From an uncultured Acidobacteriota bacterium (GTDB lineage: Bacteria; Acidobacteriota; Thermoanaerobaculia; Multivoradales; UBA5704): a stretch of DNA of 64,000 nt. Every line of letters starts with the position of its first letter. The first letter of the stretch is position 1. The notes beneath the pieces were generated by a model. The model saw nothing but the letters and a program-made list of their open reading frames with translations, was not told the origin of the DNA and ran no database searches. Both the position numbers and the translations under genes were made by a program. The stretch lies in contig CAVYRF010000002.1 in NCBI GenBank assembly GCA_963770895.1, forward strand, positions 160,001 through 224,000, written 5' to 3'. Positions 48,271 through 57,800 of this stretch are shown in pieces.

Positions 48271-48486
48271 TCAATCGGTACAGCAGACCCAGCAGCCGTT
48301 GGGCTGGCGGCAGTACGGGCCGTTGCAATGCGGCAGGATGCAGACCAGTGCGGTCGTGCCGACGTTGCGGACCGACAAGGCGGCAGAATGGCCGGCGGTC
48401 GCTGCCGCCAGAGCCGGATGGGCAAGCGGCAATCCGGCGATGATCGAGATGAGCAGAACGGCGAGCAGGCAGATGAGCTTACGCAT
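48271..48486 (-). CDS. 71-aa secreted peptide with six-Cys C-terminal core
   Basis: GGAAAGGAG RBS; signal peptide; core VCILPHCNGPYCRQPNGCWVCCTD. Confidence 0.75.
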   Translation of the reverse strand: MRKLICLLAVLLISIIAGLPLAHPALAAATAGHSAALSVRNVGTTALVCILPHCNGPYCRQPNGCWVCCTD

Positions 48487-48736
48487 GGAGCGCTCCTTTC
48501 CCCAGAGGGAAGTCGAGCGCCGCTCCGCTCGCTCGGTGCGGTCATGCGCCTCGCGGCGGCGCGGCACTACCATCAAGAGTGGTGCCGCTGACGGTCCGCC
48601 GCGGCCCCGGCGACACGCGCCAGAACGAATCGTGCTCGCAAGCTCCTTCCCGTCGCCGGTCCCCGCTGCGCAAGATTGGAACCTCGGCGCACCGATCCTC
48701 GTAGGTGCCTTGGATACCTGACCAGGAGGGAAAACC

Positions 48737-49366
48737 ATGGACCGTCGCAGCTTTCTCAAGCATGTGGCCCGCGCCACCGCCGTGGCCGGGACAGCCGCCG
48801 GTTGGCCGGCGGCGAACACCGCGGCGGCGGTCCGTGCCGCGGCCGCCGGCGGCTTGCCGCCCAATGCGCAGAGCGGGCCGGCGCCGGCGATCGCGCCGGA
48901 CGCCGGTTCGTCTGCCGCCGCTCCTGCTCCGTCCGGCACCCTGACGCTGGTCGGCGCCGGGGACTGCATCCTCAGCCGCCGCGTGCGCGACGTGAAGGAC
49001 CCGGACTTTGTCTTCTTGCAGGGCGAAACCAGCCGCTACGCCCCGGCCGAGGACTACGCCGGAGTCGGCCTGGACATCCACACCGCCGATCCCGCCGCGA
49101 TCCTGCGCCGCATCGGTTTCGCCAAGCAGCGCCGATTCTGGCAGAGCGTCCTGCCCCGCCTCACCTTCGATCGCGATCGCCTCGCCTCCGTCGAGCTCTT
49201 CCCGCTCACCCTGGGCTTCGAAAACCCGCCCTACCAGCGCGGCACGCCGCGCCTCGCCCGCGGCCCCGAAGCCGCCGCCATCCTGGGCACCCTCGCCGCC
49301 CTCTCCGCGCCCTACGGCACAGTCATCGACATCCAGGAAGGAGTGGGCCGGGTGCGTCTTCCCTAA
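48737..49366 (+). pseudogene. Tat-exported CapA-family (metallophosphatase) protein with large in-frame internal deletion
   Basis: DRRSFLK Tat motif; GAGDCIL N-terminal motif joined to C-terminal FWQSV...ELFPL.LG....RGTPRLA; core NLE/ANNH/GHGPH motifs absent. Confidence 0.65.
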
Positions 49367-49505
49367 ACCCTACGGACCCCTGTTTTCGTGCCTGGCGGGT
49401 TGCGCGGCGCCGCCTGCTCCGTGATTCTGAACATACGTTCACGGACGCCGGGGAAGCACGTCTGGCGGCGCGCGCAGCGCCGCCAGACGCGGGGGAAAGG
49501 GCGGG

Positions 49506-51218
49506 TTACTGGTTGTTCTGGTATTGGGTCTGGAAGTAGGTGCCGGTGGGCTGGATCTGGTTTTGCTGGTTGTAAAGGCCGAACTGGTTGTCGTCGATCA
49601 GGACCCATTCGAAGGTGGCGGCGACGCCGTCGGCGAGGGCCGTGGGCAGCAGGCCGCTCAACCAGGTCTGGATCGAGGAGTTGGCGAACTGTGCTTCACT
49701 GAAGCCGATCTCCCCCAGGACGATGCGGCTGGTGGCGGACTGGGCGGCGATGGTACCCAGGTCCTGGGTGAGAGTCTGTTCGCAGGTTGTAAGCGAGCTG
49801 GTGGTGCAGGTGTTGATGCTTTCGTAGGAGGAGTAGGACACGGCGTCGGGATGCAGGCCCGGCAGGACGTTGTACAGCACGCTTTGGTAACCGGCGCTTT
49901 GCAGCGCGCGCACGATGTTGATTTCGGCGGTGTGGTACACGGCGACGCCGGCGATGCCTTCCGTTGCGGCTTGCGAGCGGGCGGCGGCGATGCCGCCCTG
50001 GCGGGCGCTCAGCCAATCGGCCAGACCCTGCATGCCGGTGTCAGGGTTGGGGACGTTGGGGTAGAGGGTGGTGTAGTTGGAGTTGCACCAGCTGGTGACG
50101 CTGGCATCGGTCGCATAGCCGTAGGCGTTCGAGCAGTAGACGGCGTTGTCGCCTTCCCAATGCGAGATGTAAAAGGTCTTTCCTGAATCGTGGTAGGTCC
50201 GGTAGAGGTAGAGCGCCAGGTTTTCGAACTCGGCGGACGTGGCCGCCGAAAACGCCGTGGTCGCGCCGTTGGATACGTAGAGCGTCGGGTCGACGTAGAT
50301 CCGGCCGCTCACGCATTGGCTGTTCAGGTCAAAGGCGCTGATCGCGTAAACCTGGACGTTGGGGTTGGATAGCGCTTGCTGGGCGTCGGCCGAGCTGATC
50401 ATCTGCAGCAGCGTCTGCGGCTGGCTGCAGTTGGGAACCAGGGATATCTTGAGCGCGCGGCCGCCCAGGCCGGTCACCATGGCGGCGCCGGACGCCAGGT
50501 ACCCCGTCCCCCGCGAATCGTAGACTCCCACCGACTGCAGGTATTGCGACACCGCATCCGCTCGCACCTGGAAGGTCACCGTGGCGGTGAAACCGCCGAT
50601 GCTTGCCGTTTTGGTCCAGGTGCCGGCGTTGCCGGCGGACCAGGCGCCGCCGCTGGCGCTCCAGTTGCCGTTGCCGTCGGTCGCCTGCCCATAGTCGGCG
50701 TTGTTCTCACCGGTCGAGGCGCCGTTCAAGGTGCTCGACCACAGGATCTCGGTGTTGGGCGGACCGCCCTTGATGGAATAGGTCGGCGCCTGGCCGGCCA
50801 CGTAGACCGGGCGGTCCAGGGTCAGCCGTTCGACGACCGTGAACGATACCGACAGCTGCGTGCCGGCGATCGAAGCCTGCTTGGTCCAGCTGCCCACGTC
50901 GCCCGCCGGCCAGGCGCCCGCCAATGCGTTCCAATTGCCGTTGGCGTCGGTGGCCTGACCGTAGTCGGCATCGACCTCGCCGGTGGAAACGCCATTTTTC
51001 CAGCTGGACCACAGGATCTCCGCATTGGCGGGTGCGCCGGTGATCTGGTAGACGGTGCTCTCTCCGATCATCGGGCTGCTGCGGTCGACGGTGAGCGTCG
51101 CCGCCGCGGCGCCGATTGCAAAAACTGCGGGGAGGACAAAACCGAACGCCAGGCATTGGCGCGCCGGTCCGTGCGAGCCGTTGGAGTTGATGCCGTGGGA
51201 TGTCGTCTCTCTATCCAT
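49506..51218 (-). CDS. Secreted hypothetical protein: two tandem Trp-rich beta domains plus possible GH-A-like TIM barrel
   Basis: Signal-like segment; about 90-aa repeat (EILWSS..NG.STGE..ADYGQATD.NGNW); SHWEGDN and VLGEIGF motifs. Confidence 0.65.
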   Translation of the reverse strand: MDRETTSHGINSNGSHGPARQCLAFGFVLPAVFAIGAAAATLTVDRSSPMIGESTVYQITGAPANAEILWSSWKNGVSTGEVDADYGQATDANGNWNALAGAWPAGDVGSWTKQASIAGTQLSVSFTVVERLTLDRPVYVAGQAPTYSIKGGPPNTEILWSSTLNGASTGENNADYGQATDGNGNWSASGGAWSAGNAGTWTKTASIGGFTATVTFQVRADAVSQYLQSVGVYDSRGTGYLASGAAMVTGLGGRALKISLVPNCSQPQTLLQMISSADAQQALSNPNVQVYAISAFDLNSQCVSGRIYVDPTLYVSNGATTAFSAATSAEFENLALYLYRTYHDSGKTFYISHWEGDNAVYCSNAYGYATDASVTSWCNSNYTTLYPNVPNPDTGMQGLADWLSARQGGIAAARSQAATEGIAGVAVYHTAEINIVRALQSAGYQSVLYNVLPGLHPDAVSYSSYESINTCTTSSLTTCEQTLTQDLGTIAAQSATSRIVLGEIGFSEAQFANSSIQTWLSGLLPTALADGVAATFEWVLIDDNQFGLYNQQNQIQPTGTYFQTQYQNNQ

Positions 51219-51389
51219 ACGCCGTTCCCTTCTGCAAGCGCGGCTTGGCCGCCTGCCACCTGGACCAGGCCGCGGTGGACAAGAATGCGCCGCAAGACGG
51301 CGCCGCTCCGGCAGCCGTCTCCGGCCGCCCGAAAGGCGTGCAATCCCCCTACCAACCTGCTTGCTTGCGGATGTAGTAGGGGAGGCGAC

Positions 51390-51431
51390 ACCTGTTGACA
51401 GTCTACAGGTTGCTCCTGTAGGGTACCTACA
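51390..51431 (+). promoter_or_regulatory. PadR promoter with two operator palindromes
   Basis: ACCTGTTGAC-A-GTCTACAGGT (contains TTGACA) and TGTAGG-GTA-CCTACA overlapping the start codon. Confidence 0.7.
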
Positions 51432-51778
51432 TGAGCGACGAAACCGATGCAATCCAGGACAGGTCGGAGCTGTTGCAGGGGACGCTCGACCTGATGGTGC
51501 TGCGGACCCTGGCGCTCGCGCCGATGCACGGCTACGGCATCGCGCAGCGCATCCAGCAGATCTCGCGCGACGTGCTGCGCGTCAACCAGGGCTCGCTGTA
51601 TCCGGCGCTGCTGCGCCTGGAGCAGCAGGGCTGGATCTCGTCGGCCTGGGGCACTTCGGAAAACAACCGGCGGGCGCGCTTCTACTCGCTGACGCGGGTC
51701 GGACGGCGCCAGCTGGCGGTTGAAACCGAGCGTTGGGAACGGTTTTCCCAAGCCATAGGCCGGCTGCTCGAAGCGTGA
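51431..51778 (+). CDS. PadR family transcriptional regulator (acidobacterial type)
   Basis: LLQGTLDLMVL, HGYGI..RI, QGSLYPAL.RLE..GWI...WG.SENNRRA..Y.LT. Confidence 0.95.
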   Translation: MSDETDAIQDRSELLQGTLDLMVLRTLALAPMHGYGIAQRIQQISRDVLRVNQGSLYPALLRLEQQGWISSAWGTSENNRRARFYSLTRVGRRQLAVETERWERFSQAIGRLLEA

Positions 51779-54672
51779 TGCGCACCGTGCGATGCTGGTT
51801 GATGCGCGGCGCCGGCTTGTTGCGCCGGCGCCAGCTGGACGCTCGTCTGGACGAGGAGCTGGGCTTCCACCTGGAGATGCAGACGCGCGACAACCTGTCG
51901 CGCGGCATGAGCCCGGCGGCGGCGCGGCGCGCGGCCCGGCTCAGCCTGGCGCCTGGCGGCTCGTGCGAAGCGGTGCGCGAACAGTTCCGGGCGCAGCGCG
52001 GCGTGCCGATGGTGGAGACGCTGGTACAGGACCTGCGCTACGCCCTGCGCATGCTGCGGCAGAGCCCGGGCTTCACCTGCGTGGCGCTGCTGTCGCTGGC
52101 ATTCGGCATCGGCATCAATTGCGCCATCTTCAGCGTCGTCGACGCCCTGCTGCTCAAGCAGCTGCCGGTGCGCGACGCCGGCACGCTGCTGTTTCTCAAC
52201 CGGCGGGCGCCCTCCGGCGAGCTGCCGGCGCTGTTCTCCTACCCCGCGTTCCAGCACCTCGCCGAGGCGCGCTCGGTCGCCACGGACATGGTGGCCGTGA
52301 CCGGCGATTTTCGCGCCGTGGTGCACAGCGCGGCCGAGAGCGGCGACTCCCGGCCGGCCATTGCCGCCAGCGGCCTCAGCAGCGCCGGCGGCGCCACAGC
52401 CATGCCCGCTGGCGCCGACGCCGGCGCCGATTTGCCCACTTCCTCCGACACCGCCGCGGCGCCGGCGTCAAACGCCACCGGCGAGCTGGTTTCGGGCAAC
52501 TTCTGGAGCGCCCTTGGCGCCGGCACCGCGGCGGGCCGCACGTTTACCGCCGCCGAAGACACGGTGCCGGGCGCCCACCCGGTGGCGGTGCTCAGCTACG
52601 GCTACTGGCAGCGCGCTTTCGGCCGCGATCCGCGCGTCGTCGGCAGGGTGCTGCGGATCAACGGCGCGGCGGTCACCGTGGTGGGCGTCGCGGCGCGCGG
52701 CTTTGCCGGCGTCTATGCGGATTGGCAGCCCGACCTGTTTCTGCCGCTCACCCTGCGTGACGTGCTCAAGTACCGGGGCGACACCTATACCGACGGCCCG
52801 GCGGACCCCCACGCGCCGGTCTGGAACCAGATCAACTACCACTGGCTGCAGCTGATCGTCCGCCGCCGGCCGGCGACCGATGTGCGCCAGGTCGGCGCCC
52901 TGCTCAACCTGCTGTTCGAGCGCGACAAGCAGAGCCAGGCGGCGACCCGCACGGACGCCCAGGACCGCAGGGAAACGCTGGGCCAGACGATCGTGCTGCA
53001 ACCGGCGGCGCGCGGCCTGGCGATGACGCGCGAGCAGCTGGGGCAGCCGCTGCTGATCCTGATGTCGGTGGCCAGTGTGGTGCTGCTGATCGCCTGCGTC
53101 AACGTGGCCAACCTGCTGCTGGCGCGCGCCGACCGGCGGCGCAAGGAGATGGCGGTGCGGCTGGGCATCGGCGCCGGCCGCGGCCGCCTGGTGCGCCAGC
53201 TGCTGACCGAGAGCCTGGTGCTGTCCGGCCTTGGCGGCGCGCTGGGACTCCTGCTTGCCTCGCAGGGCAGCCGCCTGCTCATCGGCCTGATGCAGAACAG
53301 CTCGCCGCCGCTGGCGCTGGACGTGGCGCCGGACGGCCGCAAGCTGGCCTTCGCCGGCGTCGCGGCGCTGTTGACGGCGGTGGTGTTCGGCCTGGCGCCG
53401 GCGCTGCAGGCGACCCGCGTGGACCTGGCCGCGGCGCTCAAGGACGGCGCCAAGGCGCTGACCGGCAACGCCCGGCGCCGCGCTCGCCGCTGGCTGCCGC
53501 CGCTCGGATCGCTCCTGGTCGCGGCGCAGGTCGCGCTGTCGCTGTTGCTGCTGATCGGCGCCGGCCTGTTCGTGCGCAGCCTGCAGAACTTGACGGCGGT
53601 CGCCCCCGGATTCGCCAGCGACCAGCTGATCCAGGCCTACATCGATCCGCACCTGCTCGACTACGACGCCGCCCACCGCAGCGCGCTCTACGATCGCCTG
53701 CGCGAGCGGGTGGCGGCGATGCCGGGGGTGCGCTCGGCCAGCCTGTCGCTCAACCCGCTGTTCAGCAACATCCAGCGCACCAGCAACGTTTCCACCCCCA
53801 GCTCCCCCGCCGAACAGGGCGCCGACGAGGACACCGAGTCGCAGACCGTCACCGCGGACTACTTCGCCACCGTCGGCATGCAGCTGCTCGCCGGCCGCGG
53901 CTTCGCGCCGCAGGACCGGCCGGACTCGCCGAAGGTGGCGGTGGTCAACCAGGCTTTCGCCCGCCGCTTCCTGGGCGGCGCCGCGGTGGGCCAGCGTTTC
54001 GGCCTGGGCGGCCGCCGCCACAGCCGCGACTACGAAGTGATCGGGCTGGTCAAGGACGCCAAGTACCACTCCCTGGCGGAAGGGGCGCACCCGTTGGTCT
54101 GGTTCGCATTTTCCCAGAACCCGGAGGACGTGCTGCGCGACCTGGAAGTGCGGGCGCAGGCCGGCGCCGCCATCGCGGTGGCAGGGCAGCTGCGCCGCGT
54201 CATCGCCACGACCAGCCCCGACCTTGCCGTCTTCGGCATCGCCACCATGACCGACCGGCTGTCGCACTCGCTTGCCCGCGAGCGGGCGGTGGCGCGCCTC
54301 ACCGGCTTTTTCGGCCTGCTGGCGCTGCTGCTCGCCGCGGTCGGCCTGTACGGCGTGATGTCCTACAGCGTCGCCCGGCGCACCAGCGAAATCGGCCTGC
54401 GCATGGCGCTGGGCGCACCGCGCGCCCAGGTGCTGGGGCTGGTGCTGCGGCAGACGGCGCAGCTGATCGCCATCGGCGTCGCCGCCGGGCTGGCGGCGGC
54501 GCTGGCGGCCACGCGCGTCGCCGCCAGCCAGCTGTTCGGGGTGACCGCCCACGATCCGGCAACCATCGCCACCGCCACCGTGGTGATGGCGACCGTGGCG
54601 CTCGCCGCCGGCTTCCTGCCCGCCCGGCGCGCCGCCGACACCGATCCGATGGTGGCATTGCGCCGCGACTGA
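51778..54672 (+). CDS. ADOP-type duplicated ABC permease with N-terminal prefix domain
   Basis: LDEELGFHLEM, QDLRYALR, CVNVANLLLAR, RRTSEIGLRMALGA, PARRAA..DPM; TGATG coupling to PadR. Confidence 0.93.
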   Translation: MRTVRCWLMRGAGLLRRRQLDARLDEELGFHLEMQTRDNLSRGMSPAAARRAARLSLAPGGSCEAVREQFRAQRGVPMVETLVQDLRYALRMLRQSPGFTCVALLSLAFGIGINCAIFSVVDALLLKQLPVRDAGTLLFLNRRAPSGELPALFSYPAFQHLAEARSVATDMVAVTGDFRAVVHSAAESGDSRPAIAASGLSSAGGATAMPAGADAGADLPTSSDTAAAPASNATGELVSGNFWSALGAGTAAGRTFTAAEDTVPGAHPVAVLSYGYWQRAFGRDPRVVGRVLRINGAAVTVVGVAARGFAGVYADWQPDLFLPLTLRDVLKYRGDTYTDGPADPHAPVWNQINYHWLQLIVRRRPATDVRQVGALLNLLFERDKQSQAATRTDAQDRRETLGQTIVLQPAARGLAMTREQLGQPLLILMSVASVVLLIACVNVANLLLARADRRRKEMAVRLGIGAGRGRLVRQLLTESLVLSGLGGALGLLLASQGSRLLIGLMQNSSPPLALDVAPDGRKLAFAGVAALLTAVVFGLAPALQATRVDLAAALKDGAKALTGNARRRARRWLPPLGSLLVAAQVALSLLLLIGAGLFVRSLQNLTAVAPGFASDQLIQAYIDPHLLDYDAAHRSALYDRLRERVAAMPGVRSASLSLNPLFSNIQRTSNVSTPSSPAEQGADEDTESQTVTADYFATVGMQLLAGRGFAPQDRPDSPKVAVVNQAFARRFLGGAAVGQRFGLGGRRHSRDYEVIGLVKDAKYHSLAEGAHPLVWFAFSQNPEDVLRDLEVRAQAGAAIAVAGQLRRVIATTSPDLAVFGIATMTDRLSHSLARERAVARLTGFFGLLALLLAAVGLYGVMSYSVARRTSEIGLRMALGAPRAQVLGLVLRQTAQLIAIGVAAGLAAALAATRVAASQLFGVTAHDPATIATATVVMATVALAAGFLPARRAADTDPMVALRRD

Positions 54673-54758
54673 CGCACTGTCGCCCGGGCGGGCGCGCCCC
54701 GGCCGGCACGGCACCGGCGGTTCGATGGACACCGGAGGGACCGGCAGCCCCTCTGAGG

Positions 54759-54796
54759 CGGCGGCGATCGCCTCTATCGCGAGACGATCGCCGCCG
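54759..54796. terminator. Hairpin between convergent genes
   Basis: CGGCGGCGATCG...CGATCGCCGCCG 12-bp stem. Confidence 0.5.
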
Positions 54797-54840
54797 GGGA
54801 GCTGAAACCAGTCGGTCCGCCTGCGGCAGCGGCGAGCGCC

Positions 54841-57800
54841 CTAAGCGCCAGCGGCGCCGGCGCCGCCGGCGTTGCTGGACCGGCCGCCGCGCCGGGCGAG
54901 CATCGCGACTCCGGCGCCGGCCAGCAGAAGGCACAGCAGCAGCAGGCCGATGGTGCCCAGCGTCGGGACTTCGGCCAGCGGGTCGACCTGGAAGGTGGTG
55001 GGGCCGCCGCCGTTGCCGTTGGCGGTGTCGGCGGTGGATTCGTTGGTGCCGTTGCCGTCGGCGTCGAAATGGATGACGCCCTGGTTGGAGATGGTGGTGC
55101 CCGCGGTGCCGCCAGCGACGGTGGCGTGGATGGTGATCGTGACCGTGCCGCCGTTGGCCGCGAGCGAGCCGTTCCAGCTGACGCTGTTGGTGGCGGTGTC
55201 GGCGACCGCGGTGCCGCTGGTGGCGGAAGCGCTGGTCAGCACCAGCGTCGACGGCAGGACGTCGTCGAATTCGTCGCCTGGATTGTCCTGCTGAACAGAG
55301 GTGCCGTTGTTGGTCAGCACGATCGTGTAGGTGACGGCGCCGTGCTCCTGGAACGTGCCGGCGACCGTCTTGACGCCCGAGACGGAGGAGGGCGAAAGCA
55401 CCTGCACGGTGGCACCGGCGCTGTTGTTGGCGTTGTTGGGGTCGGCGGTGGTGGACCCGGCGGTGCCGTTGTTGGTCAGCGGGCCGGCGATCGACGGCGC
55501 GTTGACGGTGAGTGCCAGGGTCTCGGTCGCTCCCTTGGCCATGCTGCCCAGGTTCCACATGCCGGTGGCGGCGTTGAACACGCCCGCCGAAGCGGTCGAG
55601 CTGGTGGGGGTCAGCGAGGGGTAGCTGGGGAACGCCTCGTGCACGTTGACGCTGTAGGATGGGTCGTCGCCGTTGTTGGTCAGCGTCAGCGTATAGGTCA
55701 CCGCGCCGCCGGCGACGACCGTCAGGCTGCTGGCCACCATGCTGAGCGCGACGTCGGCCGAGCGCGGCGCCGTCACGTCGACCTGCGACTGGTTGTTGGC
55801 GGGGTTGGGATCGAGCACGCTCGATTGGGCGATCTGTGCCGTGTTGACGATCGGATCGGTGGTGGCCACGGTGGCGACGATATGGAGCGTGGCGCTCGCC
55901 GACACGCCGAGCGCGCCCACCGTCCACTGGCCGGTCGCGGAGCTATAGGCGCCGCCGCCGTCGTCGCTCACGTAGGTCAAGCCGGCCGGCAGCGCGTCGC
56001 CGACCACAATACCGGTGGCGGCGCTCGGCCCGGCGTTGGATACGGTCAGGGTGAAGGTCGCGTTCTGCCCCAGGGTGGGGCTGGCGGGCGACATCGACTT
56101 GACGATGGACAGGTCCGCCGACGCGGTGCCCTGCAGAGGGATCACCTGCGCCGCCGTGCCGGCGGCGTTGTGGTGGTGCAGCAGCAGCGCGCCCAGCGAA
56201 CCGTTGGTCGTCATGTTGGCGGTGTTCCAGGTCACCGGGATCGCGCCGCCGGCCAGGTCCTCCAGCAGCGAGGCGCCGCCAAAGTTGAGCCCCTGCGCGC
56301 TGGCGCCGTACGCCCACTTGAAGGGGCCGGCCACCTGGTCGACCGAGCCGTCGAAGCAGAGCGGATCGTACATGCGGCAGGTCTGCACCGACCAGGTGAA
56401 CGGGGTGGTACCCGAGGTGAGCCCGAGCGCCGCCGGTGACGCCGCCAGGATCATGACGTTGTTGTCGAACAGCCGCGAATCGATCGAAGAAGGGGCCAGC
56501 CGGTTGACGAAGGTGCCGATCGAAACGCCGCTGGTGCTGGTGTTGAAGATGCCGGTGATGGGCGTGTCCTGGCCGGTGGCGCTTCCTGTGCCGAACAGGT
56601 TGAGCGCCATGTTGCCCGGGTCCGAGTTGAACAGCACGCGGGTGCCGTTGACGATGACGTTGAAGGCGACGTCGGAAGGGGTAGCCCAGGGACCCCAGGT
56701 CGACACGCCGAACAGCAACAGGTTGTGTGTGCTGTCGTAGGCGACGCCGGCATACTGGATGTTGAAGTAGCCCGGCAGGCTGGCATTTTGCGGATGCACT
56801 ACCTGCAGCTCGAAGGGCGACACCAGCGACACTTCATCCGTCGGGAAGCTCCCCGTGCAGGCCGGCCCGGCGCTCAGCGTCCCGGTGCACACGGCGGTGC
56901 CGGACAGCGGGATCGTGGTCGAGCCCGTGGGGGCGCCGCCGGTGGCGATCACCATCTGGCCCGCCATCGTCGAGGTCGGCCGCGCCGCGGCGTAGACCGG
57001 CAGCCGCATCACCGTCTTGCCCGCCTGACCGAAGGTGATGTACGCCCCGGCCTCGTTGAGAAATTCCCGCGACAGGCTGCCCAGCGAGGTGAGCGGCGCG
57101 GGCGCCGCCTGCACCGGGGCGATGGTCCCCGGCAGCACGTGGGTCATCTGCGACGACGTGCCGCTCATCTGGACGTCGAAGGTGGTCGATTGACCCGCCG
57201 GGACGGTGACGCTGGTGCCGCCAGGCAGCGAAAAGACGACGCCCGCCGCGGGGTCGGTGGGATCGATGCCCAGGTTGAACGTCTGGTCGGTCGCGCCGTG
57301 ATTGACCAGCCGCACCGTCTTGACCTGCGTCGTGGTGCCGACGATCTGGTCGCCGAACGACAGGCTGACCGAGCCGATTCCCAGGTCGTCGAAGCTGGTG
57401 ACCGTGGCCGTCGCCGACACCGCGTCGTCGACCCGTCCGGCGCCGACGCGCCCCAGGCCCATGCGGCCGCCGGAGCCGCCGGAGCTGAAGGTGACGTCGT
57501 GCACGGCGCCGTTCATCAACAGCGCCTTGATCTCTTCGACCGACCAGTCGGGATGCAGCTGGCGCAGCAGCGCCGCCGAGCCGGCGACGTGCGGCGTCGC
57601 CATCGAGGTGCCGGACAGCACCAGCAACTGGCCGCCGGCGTCGAAGCCGGTCGCGGTCGGCGTGATGCAGCCGCCGCCGGTCATGCAGGTCATGCCGGTC
57701 TGGGTGGACGGGATCGATTCGCCGGGCGCCGTGATGTCGGGCTTGAGGAAGATCGGCGGCGTGGCGTTGCGCGGGCCGCGCGACGAAAAGGTGGCGATGC

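Noticed and set aside
6982-48500. Shared 14-mer GAGCGCTCCTTTCC upstream of the S8 gene and of the six-Cys peptide
   Set aside because: It is largely the reverse complement of a Shine-Dalgarno sequence (GGAAAGGAG), so sharing is expected.
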